Source: Octopus bimaculoides
Lineage: Eukaryota
Direction: 5' to 3'
Assembly: GCF_001194135.2 (NCBI RefSeq)
Contig: NC_068981.1
Span: 171,893,372 to 171,957,371, forward strand
Length of the DNA: 64,000 nt
This document shows positions 54,093-64,000 of the stretch, one piece after another. The position numbers were made by a program, and so were the translations under genes. Each line of letters begins with the position of its first letter. Positions within the stretch are counted from its first letter, which is position 1. Under the pieces are notes generated by a model, which saw only the letters and a program-made list of their open reading frames with translations, made no database searches and was not told where the DNA came from.

Positions 54093-55717
54093 AGTACCCA
54101 TAAATAAATGAAAATTATAAAACACACAAAATTAAAAACAATATATAATTAAACGGAAAATACAACATGCAAAACATTTACGGTTTTCCATCACACACGT
54201 GTTAATGCTTTTTGAGTTAACCTACGTCTTCTATTTCAGTTCCGAGAAATATCTTTGTATTATTTGTACTTCATCAACATTTCTCTTTATCACAAGACGA
54301 AGTAGTTCGACTGGTTGTTAACGCTAGGAAACTGTGCACGAAGTGACCTTCTCCACCATTTCTGGAACTGTGACTGGTGGTACTCTCGAAACTGAGGCTG
54401 CTGCTCTTGTTGCTACCTCAGCCGATCAGCACAAACTTGTCTCGTTTACTTTCTTAGTTTTTCCAGCACTTCAAGGTATAAGTTCCTTCAGTAAATCTTA
54501 CAACCGCCTGTGTAGCAACTAGGTATCTTATTTTGCACCATAAGTTTCATGCCTTTTGTCTCAGCATTCTTAGCTGATTACATTTCTTTAGCCTTCTGAT
54601 CGTCAGGAACAATTAGGGTCAATAAATCCACTGTGAACACCCTTTGACCACGTGTCACCTTCGATCGGCCTTGCTTTAACGTCCTACCCATGCTGCGATA
54701 CAAAATTGAGCCACCTACATTTCCAATGTCGTTTCTTGTCACCCCTGTTTATCTGTTGAAATACAAATACATAATGCGTGTGAGTGAGGAGACACGCGTA
54801 CATGTGCGTCTATATACATGTTATTGTACTACTTTATTACAGTATTTAATCACACCTTTTTAAGTTCCAATGTATTGTAGGCATCGACTTAACCAAATGC
54901 ATTTCTTCAGCACTGGGATAATGCACTACAGCCTATTTATTCAAATATACTTTTTCCCTACAAACAAAATGTTGCCTTCTTCCTAGTCAGTTCCAAATGC
55001 AATCATATTACGCAATACAAAATGTCTGACAGTAAAGATAAACTGAATCTCTTATTCTGTACGACAAACACTAGTGGAAGTGCCACAGCAACATATAATT
55101 GTTACTGCACTTTCCTGGAAGCGTCTTCTTACAAGAAGATATACGCTGAAATATCTCCTCTATTTCTGTTGTTGTAATTACAAAGTTTTGACACCAACTG
55201 ACTAAGACATATTACAGCTTTCAGTTTATCGACCAAATTATTTTCTCGTTTTTAGAGCTTCGCTTTTGTCAAAGAGATCCTGGAAAATGAGGAAAACTGT
55301 CAGAGTCAGAGCTTTTAATCTATCAAATCTATAGAAGCATTTTGTATCCAGTTTTTTTTAAACTGATTTATTTATTTTCATGTTTGTTTGTTTATACATT
55401 TATTCTTTTTACTGTCTTTGCTTTTGTTTGTTTTCTCTACTTCATATCCTCTTTTCACTGAAAATATTAGCTACATTGAAAACTAATGTTTTAAGTATGA
55501 CATTGATTGCAGCAAGAATTTGTTAACATCGCATTTATGTGTGTTGATGTAAGTGTAGGTGTGGTGTGTAGGTTTTCTATGTGGGTGGGTGGTATATGTG
55601 CATATATATATGTGTGTGTATATGTGTTTGTATATATATATATGAATATATATATGCATATACATACATATATATACCCCCCCCCCCACACACACACATA
55701 TAGATGTATGCATATGA

Positions 55718-55754
<37 letters not shown>

Positions 55755-55913
55755 GAATTATCAAAACTGGGTATTTGAGTTTTCTTACCAGTGTGTAAAT
55801 ATGGCTTTTCGAAATATTAGCAGAAAAATCAACCGGACGCTGTTTCACCCATACTTATACATGTAGATTCGAAATGCTGGACCGCTGAAATCTACAAGTT
55901 TTTTTTTTCATAC

Positions 55914-55974
<61 letters not shown>

Positions 55975-55986
55975 TTTCTCTGATTC

Positions 55987-56022
55987 CTTTCTGTTGAAGA
56001 GCGTAGACTCGAAACGTAAAAG
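55987..56022 (+). ncRNA. Minimal type I hammerhead-like motif with A6U core (best copy)
   Basis: CUUU/CUGUUGA/A/GAG-CGUAGA-CUC/GAAA/C/GUA/AAAG; self-complementary ACGU stem III. Confidence 0.65.
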
Positions 56023-56424
56023 ACTTTTCATTTTCCCAAGGGTCAAACTAATACACGTGCTTGTTGTTCATACACCTGTTTTCGTCTCTTGTTTTTCCAA
56101 TATATATATAAACCAAGAGACAAGATGGAGATAGAATTAATAAAAGTTTATTAATAGATTGACAAGACCAGACCTACAATTACAGCATTCTGCAGACAAA
56201 CCTTGCCACCTTAATTTTAATAAGACGTTTAATGAATAAATAATTAAAATTCAAAGGTGAAATTTACTTGTATAAAGAAACACTAAAATAAAATTTTAAG
56301 ACCTGTTTTTATTTGTAATAAAACTGTAATAGGTATGACATAAATAATACTAAATGAATATTAATGTAAATAAAGTTGAATCATTTGGGATTCTGGTCTC
56401 CTCTAAAATTTTGATTTAATATTG

Positions 56425-56633
56425 GTTTCAAATCTTGGCACAAGGCCAGCAATTTCGGGAGAGTCGGTAAGTTGTTTACATCGACTTCAGTCTTCAACTG
56501 GCACTTATTTTATCGACTCCGAAAGAATAAAAAATGTAATGTCGACCTCGGTGGAATTTAAACTAAGAAGCTAACTATGGACGATATGCACTTCGCCCAG
56601 AGTACGTACGATTCTGCCGGTCCGCCACCTTAC
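56425..56633 (-). mobile_element. Family A SINE with 15-bp TSD
   Basis: TTTGATTTAATATTG at 56410-56424 and 56634-56648. Confidence 0.9.
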
Positions 56634-56660
56634 TTTGATTTAATATTGCTTTTTCAATCG

Positions 56661-57420
56661 GTATGAGTGAAACAGCTTCCGGTTTATTTTTCTGCTAATA
56701 TTTCGAAAAGTCATATTTACACACTGGTAAGAAAACTCAAATAGCCAGTTTTGATCATTCTAGATATTCGTCAAGTATATGGCACCAGAAAATTGCTACC
56801 GGAACTTCTTATTTTTTTACTGAGGATATGAATAAACTTACATAGAATTTTTATAACCCACTACCAGAAATTCTGATAGTTCTCCTTTAAATTTGAATGG
56901 ATTTTCTTTCTATCAAATAGTTATCTTGGTTCTTCAAATTTGTTAAATATTCAGTTAGTGATTCTAAGAGGTGATTTGTAATATCATAGCGGATTTTAAA
57001 ATCTAAATCCAGTTCAGATTCTTGCCGGAAGTCACTAAGAATTTGAAAATTGTCAAAGTATTTTATTTCGCAGCTGAGACCCAGTATTGCAATTTACGTG
57101 ATAGTGTTAACATTTTATCTTTGGACTGAAAAGTAGTTACTTCTTTCCCTTGCAGAGATAAATCGGATTCATTTAATTTTACAAAAATATTGGCTAAATA
57201 TGCTATTGATAGCCAAATTGTTTTTGTTAGTCTCTTAGATAATCGAAATTTATGATCAATAAATTTTGCCAAAAGTTCTTTCCACAATTCAGACATTCTC
57301 ACATGAATACCATTTCGTTATAAACATGTAGCTTCTGTATGTAAAAGCAAAGTTTTGTGAAAACTATCCATATCTTCATTGAAGGCTTAAATAAAATCGC
57401 TATTGCAATGACTGAGACAT
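56661..57420 (-). mobile_element. hAT (Buster/Charlie/SPIN-like) transposase remnant
   Basis: KTLLLHTEA (LLLHTEVRW motif), IAYLANIFVKLNESDLSLQG-KLQYW and FWCHILDEY-SKLAI dimerisation region. Confidence 0.88.
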
Positions 57421-59102
57421 AATAAAATTGATAATCAGCAGTTTCGTCTGAAACTGATTATATTGTAACTGCTTTTTTTTTTTTTAGTTTTTTTTTACTA
57501 TTCCTATCTGTAAAGACTAAGATGATTACTGCTACATTTTGTTTTGGTTTGTTTTTGTTTGTTTGTTTTTTTGTTTTTTGCCAATATTCTCTTTTAATGT
57601 TATAGCGCTAATCACTTTTCCTGTCATTTCATTTGTTTTACTGTTGCATACAATATATTTATCTCGATGTATCTTGTATGCTTCATAAAATTATCGATGC
57701 AATTACCTATGTTATTTCCCGTGATGTGTATTTACAAACTTCACATGCAAGTAAATTTTCAAAATTTTTGTCTTAACGTCTTATCGAACTAAAAGAAATA
57801 AAATTGTAGCAACGTCTATGTAATTTGTAAGTGTTGCGTACATAATCATGAGATAAATTCCAGATTAATATCATCAGCAGTACCATCAACAAGCCTTGTT
57901 ACTATAGTGTTGGTAAGAGACAGAGATTCGACTCTTTAAGAGAAATTTCAACAAGTATACGCGAGACGGTATCTTTTATATTAAGTCTAATAAGCGATTC
58001 ATCAATTAGAACATGAGAAAACGTATTACACTTCCAAAAATATTGGCACAGCTCTTGAATTCCTTGAATTGTATTAAACATGTCATTAAAGAAAATATGA
58101 CGACAGACATTTTCATTAGCTCGTAAAATGCATTGATTATGGATTAAAATAACGACAAATTTCAATAATTAAATGTAAATGTTATACTTAAAGTGATATC
58201 ATTTAATTTGCTCGGCGATTAGAGAATTCCATCTTGATAACAAGTCGGATTTACAAACATGAAACGAACCATCGTGGTAGCAGGTTCTACTCTGCTGCTT
58301 TACTTGTTGGAAGTAGTAGAGAATTCTTCCTTAAATTACATCCCATCATTCGACCAACGCTTTTAGTTCAGTCATTTGACCATGTTCTTATGCTGCTCAG
58401 AAAATTACTATCTTCTAAAATATTCGATAATAAACACTACGCTTAATCGTTTCAATCCAGGTCAAATATGGAATTTAAACAGTGTACTCCGTTCACTTTA
58501 CATCCTTCCTCCAGACAAAACCACAAACTGATGAATTGGCTGTGGCGATACTTATACATGAAATTAATTATACAGTGTAAAGTATCCAATCGATTTAACA
58601 ACTGGAAACAACACTTCGCATTTCTTTCCAACTGCATCAACGAAAATCAATCTCTAACTACACACGTCTGTCAAAATATGTTTTACTCTTGAATATTTCA
58701 TTTTTGTCCTAGTTCGCCTCGAAGTGGCTCTAATGAATAATCCTTTAAAGATTTTAGATTTCGGAGATTTTAGTTTGCAACCCTCTGCTCCAGGAATTTT
58801 AGGTTTCCAGCGTAAAGAAAGAAGTTTTCAGGGATTTGAATCGGCAACCCCTATCGATTCTCCCTTAAAATCGATTCTTTTTATTTTTACCACAATCAAC
58901 ACCGAGAATATGATAGATGTTGTGTTATTTGGCTCTCTCTCCTTACGTACAAAATTAAGATATCGAAGTTATTTCCTTGAAGTCGAGAAAATATTTTTTA
59001 AATATAAAGTTTAATGTAATTACAAGATGAGAGAGAACAAATGCCTAAACTCCGAGATAATGTATGAGTGTACTGTGGATTAAATTTTGTTAATAGTAAA
59101 TA

Positions 59103-59763
59103 CGAGGGGAAGTTCAAAATTATCCACACTTTCGCCATAACATATCTTTATTATTGTCACACTGCCTTCTGCGCATGCGCGCTTATAGTTGGTACTATTG
59201 TGGTCACGTGACCGAACTTTGAGCCTGATTGCGTCATTTCTCTTTTTGGCTTTACAGTGTAAGCATGGCTGCTCCACTGGCAATGTGCACTAAAGATTAA
59301 CAAAGAGCAGTGATCCGAGAGATGGTGAACCGGTTCACCAGTATCATCGCCCGAGCTTGCTGAATCTTCTCGTCATTGGTGGAGTTGACGGGCGTCCTGC
59401 TCTCTCTTCCTGTGTCATGCTTGTTGGGCCACTTTTAAACCTCTCTATCCACTCATACACACTTCTACGTGGTAGTGCACTGTCCCCGTATTGTTCTAAA
59501 AGCCTCTAATGAATTTCAGCACCTGACACACCTTTAGACCAGAGAAATTGGATCACTACTCTTTGTTATTCTTTGGTGAACATTACTGGTGGAGCGGCTA
59601 TGCTTACACTGTAAAGGCAGAAAGAAAAATGGCGAAATCAGGTTTAAATTTCAATTACGTGACCACAATAGTACCAACTATATGCAGGCATGCGCAGAAT
59701 TCAATGTCACAATAATAAAGATATGTTATAGCGAAAGTGCAGGTAACATTTTACTTCCCCTCG
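59103..59763. mobile_element. 661-bp mariner-derived non-autonomous element with two 5' ends (214-bp arms, TA flanks)
   Basis: TA-CGAGGGGAAGT...ACTTCCCCTCG-TA; minus strand reads AAPPVMFTKE*QRVVIQFLWSKGVSGAEIH*RLLEQYGDSALPRRSVYEWIERFKSG. Confidence 0.92.
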
Positions 59764-60176
59764 TATTTTCCTGTTGACTAACAAGACGAAAATGGTGTCA
59801 GATATTTTGACTAAAGACAGAACAAAACACGAATTCGTGAAATTCGTACATCAATTATTCATGATTCCGAATATACATCTCAGCACTTAATCTTTTCAAC
59901 CATGTTGCATGCGGCAGCTAAGGATGTTTCAAATATTGCTTCAGAAAAAAGAAATATTGAAAAATAGCTTATTTGCATGTATGTTTACTTAAATTTTATA
60001 TAGATGGGTGCTAGAATCACTGTGTGGCTAACGACTTAATGACATTTTCATCTAGTTCAGCGTTCGAAATCATTGCCCAGTATGTTGGACAAATGTTTCT
60101 TACAATAGTTTCGGCTACTTTTGTGAATGTAACTCGAAAGACAGAGTGTTCTGAATCCCATCTCTCTCCCTTCCTA

Positions 60177-60272
<96 letters not shown>

Positions 60273-60317
60273 AATGCATACATACATATATACATACATA
60301 TAAACATCCATACACAC

Positions 60318-60515
60318 ATATTAATCAATGAAATTCTAACCTAATCCGATTTTCACGTTTTATTATTTACAATTTTATAATATAATAGTAATATTATATA
60401 TTTATTGTGATAAAACTAGTACTTTCATTCGTTACGCAATCATCAGGTTTATGTAGTAGTAGTAGTAGTAGTAGTAGCAGCAGCAGCAGCAGCAGTAGTA
60501 GTCGTAGTAGTAGTG

Positions 60516-60574
<59 letters not shown>

Positions 60575-60683
60575 TTTAGTCGTGTTCCACAATGATAGTG
60601 GTCAACGCATGAAAGTACTAGTTTTAAATTGTAAATAATAAAACGTGAAAATCAGACTAGGTCGGAATTTCATTGATTAATAT
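60318..60683. mobile_element. Palindromic MITE-like element with a (TAG)n/(CAG)n core
   Basis: The first 58 bp of the arms have 4 mismatches; microsatellite at about 60452-60573. Confidence 0.8.
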
Positions 60684-60699
60684 ATTCTTCTATATACAA

Positions 60700-61200
60700 T
60701 CATACAAACTCGGATATTCACTCCTACTTCTCTTCCTTCTTCTCTTCACTCCTACTTCTCTTCACTCCCACTTCTCTTCACCCCTACTCTTTCTCTCCTC
60801 TCTCTTACTCTCTCTCACTCTCTTCTCTCGTACTCCCCCCTCTCTCACTCTTACTCTCTGCACTCTTACTCTCTTACTCACACTCTCTACACTCTTACTC
60901 TCTTACTCTCTCACCCTTACTCTCTTACTCTCTCACTCTCTTCTCTCTTTCCCTCTCTCTCACTCTCTTCTCTCTCACTCTCTTTCTCTTCCTCTCTTTC
61001 TCCCCCTCCCATACCCACCTTCCCCCTCTCTTACATCCACCTTCCCTCTCTTATACCCACCCTCTCTCCTCTCTTCCTCTCTTTCTCTCCCCTCCCATAC
61101 CCACCTTCCCCCTCTCTTACATCCACCTTCCCCTTCCCCCTTCATCGTCAACACACCCCCATAAGCTCATCCCATCACACCCCAACACACTTCTACTCTA
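60700..61200. repeat. CT-rich low-complexity tract with a local duplication
   Basis: CCCTCCCATACCCACCTTCCCCCTCTCTTACATCCACCTTCCC occurs twice (about 61003 and 61090). Confidence 0.9.
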
Positions 61201-61821
61201 CCTTCCCACTCCACCCCATCCAAGGGTGGATTAATTTGCTGCAGTTAAGCGTTTTGGACATGGCCACAGCAGGGCGACGATATACAGAGTGCAGAATCTA
61301 CAAACTGTTGTAGTACCGAAATAGTCGGCTGTGGATGTAACTCTTCCTTATACGTATACGAATTTCCTCAATTACTTACACATTAAAAAAATTAATAACT
61401 TTAATGAAAGAAACTACGTATGTACAAACTCTACATTCTTTTAAATTGTACACAGTAATTTCCCTTCTCCGCCGTGGTATCAACTATCTCTAACATTTAT
61501 CTTATTGTTCAAGAGCCTCTTGATCAATGAAATAACGTTACCACTCACTGACAGCTGCTTTTTCACTAATATCAGCGAAGAATAATTTCTAACAAGCTAC
61601 TTTCTAAGTGAAGAAGTACTCACAGTTATATGTGATTTTTGGTCTCTGCAATGAATGCAAGGCGAAACAAGCACATCGAATGTGCTGTCTGGAGGGTTTT
61701 AAATAATCATATAAAAAGCGGAAGTACAGGACACGATAGAAAAAGAGAGAACTAAAAGGAGTTGAAATGTGTTACCATTTTCTTTGTTTCATTACATTAG
61801 ATAATACCCATCACATACATG

Positions 61822-61910
<89 letters not shown>

Positions 61911-62697
61911 TTATAGGATTGAGATAACTCCTCCAGAAGATATAGAAGCAAAAAAAAGAAGAGTGCCATTGTTATCATATGTATATATATATATATATAT
62001 ATATNNNNNNNNNNNNNNNNNNNNNNNNNNNNNNNNNNNNNNNNNNNNNNNNNNNNNNNNNNNNNNNNNNNNNNNNNNNNNNNNNNNNNNNNNNNNNNNN
62101 NNNNNNNNNNNNNNNNNNNNNNNNNNNNNNNNNNNNNNNNNNNNNNNNNNNNNNNNNNNNNNNNNNNNNNNNNNNNNNNNNNNNNNNNNNNNNNNNNNNN
62201 NNNNNNNNNNNNNNNNATATATATATGTATGTATGTATGTATGTATCTTCTGGAGGTGTTACCTCAATCCTATAAATATTAAGCAAAATGAAGTAGATTG
62301 ACAAGTCTATTTTTTGAACCTGTGGAAGACACAGGGGATGTCGAAATATCGATAACTTGATAGCAATAGCACTCTTCTTTTTTTTGCTATTATTATTATT
62401 ATCATTATTATTATTATGGCTGGATTCCAACCCGGATGACAATCACATATATATTGGTTTCTAATATAGGCACAAGACCGCACATATTAAGATATAGTGA
62501 GATTGTGTCCACATGCGACCGTGACCGCTACATAATTTATTAACGACGGAATAATAAAACAAGACGAAAACAGAGGCGTTTGAATTGAGAACATCAAGAG
62601 CATTCAGTAAACACTGCAAAGTCGTTTTCTACCAGCGCTGCTTTGTCAAATATCATACACTAAAATCATTCAATTGTCAATATTTCTCAATTGTAAT

Positions 62698-62882
62698 GCG
62701 GTGAGCATGTCGGACAAAATGCTTAGCATTTTTTCGTCAGCTTTTTACGTTCTGAGTTCAAATTCCGATGAGGTCGTCTTTACTTTTTATCCCTTCGAAG
62801 TCGTTAAAATAAGTACCAGTTGAGAACTGGGATCGATGTAATCGACTTGCTCCTCCTCCGAACTTGTGACAAAATTAGAAAC
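62698..62882 (+). mobile_element. Family A SINE with 20-bp TSD
   Basis: CAATATTTCTCAATTGTAAT at 62678-62697 and 62883-62902. Confidence 0.9.
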
Positions 62883-63479
62883 CAATATTTCTCAATTGTA
62901 ATATGTCGTCCATTAAGATTCAAACGTATATCGCTTGATATTTAGATCTTCTTTATTTGTGCGCGCGCGTGCGACGCGCGCGTGTGTGCGTGTACGTGTG
63001 TGTGTGTACGTGTGTGGGGGGGGTATGATTGTGTGCATTTTAGCACACAATCATACCTATAGCATACATTCCATCAATTGTAGATAATGTAAATAATGTA
63101 CATAATTCCTCATCTCTTGAATATAGATCAGTTCTGGCAAGTCAAAAAATAACTAGGACCTCCTCCGGCTCGTGTGTGTGTGTATGCGTGCGTGTGCGCG
63201 TGCGCCCGTGAGTGTGCGTGTGAGTATGAGTGCATGAGAGAGTACTCGATTGATGTAGTAATTTTTTAGTTTGTATATTATTTGGCAGATATTATCTGAG
63301 TGATACCATACACCACTAAACGGTTTTCTGCGACGATTTTAGCTTTTTCTTCCTTCCTTTCTCCTGTTGTTAGGCTTTCTGACAAGCTAAGTCTTTAAAA
63401 CAATTGTGACGTCTGTTCATTTGTCATTTCATCTACATATTCCAACTGTGACTTCAAACTACTTGTCTGTATACCCGTT

Positions 63480-63941
63480 TACTCTTTTATTTTAGTCATT
63501 AGACTACGACCGTGCTGGAGAACTGCCTTGTAAGATTATTCGAAAATCTTGCCCAGTATTAATTTTAAGCATAATATTTATTCTATTGATATTTTATGCC
63601 GAACTACTAAGTTACGGGCACGTAAGCAATCCAGTACCGGTTGCCAAATGGTGAGGGAAAAACACAAACTCAAAGAACACACACACACATATATATACAT
63701 ATATATGTGTGTGTGTGTAAGAGAGAGAGAGAGAGAGAGAATGAGTGTGAGGGCGCAGGCGCGTGTGTACAGCAGGTTTCCACATAGTCTCCATCTACCA
63801 AATTCAGTCACAAAGCTTTTGTGGGCCTGTGCTAATGGTAGAAGACACTTGCCGAAAGAGCCAAACAGAGGAACTTACCCACCAATCCTCATTATTATGA
63901 AGCGATCTTTCTAACACAACCAAGCCTGTACCTGATATATA

Positions 63942-63942
<1 letters not shown>
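63480..63942 (-). mobile_element. SINE family B (diverged, expanded internal microsatellite)
   Basis: Tail at 63481; CCATCTACCAAATTC and GAAGACACTTGCC core. Confidence 0.8.

Positions 63943-64000
<58 letters not shown>

Noticed and set aside
54270-54760. Unique island with a minus-strand acceptor near 54750
   Set aside because: All frames close within about 25-60 codons; could be UTR or TE relic but cannot be supported.
58724-59014. ORF with LKILDFG, kinase-like
   Set aside because: No HRD, APE or other kinase motif; likely chance.

Overview
Eukaryotic, AT-rich, repeat-dominated DNA from a gapped scaffold (10 N-gaps, mostly beside microsatellites). The tRNA-derived SINE families and microsatellite load look like octopus-type (coleoid cephalopod) DNA; this is pattern recognition, not a database result. 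No host gene can be called confidently; one phase-consistent three-exon chain (23.4-26.6 kb, +) is a weak candidate. All recognisable coding sequence is decayed transposon: two Penelope-like elements (RT thumb, GIY-YIG), two DD37D (maT) and two mariner elements, a Buster/Charlie-like hAT, R4/Dong, CR1-group and possibly CRE-like LINE pieces, plus more than 30 SINE copies. No rRNA, real tRNA or CRISPR. Most notable: (1) three copies of a ~130-bp repeat with a minimal type I hammerhead-like fold and a non-canonical U at core position 6, plus a separate canonical Penelope-type hammerhead relic; (2) six fold-back or inverted structures of different ages, including a perfect 98-bp palindrome inside a 12-bp direct-repeat-flanked insertion, a 500-bp palindrome and a mariner made of two 5' ends; (3) a SINE trimer that appears to have inserted repeatedly into its own head. 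Coordinates of decayed elements are approximate and identities were counted by eye.
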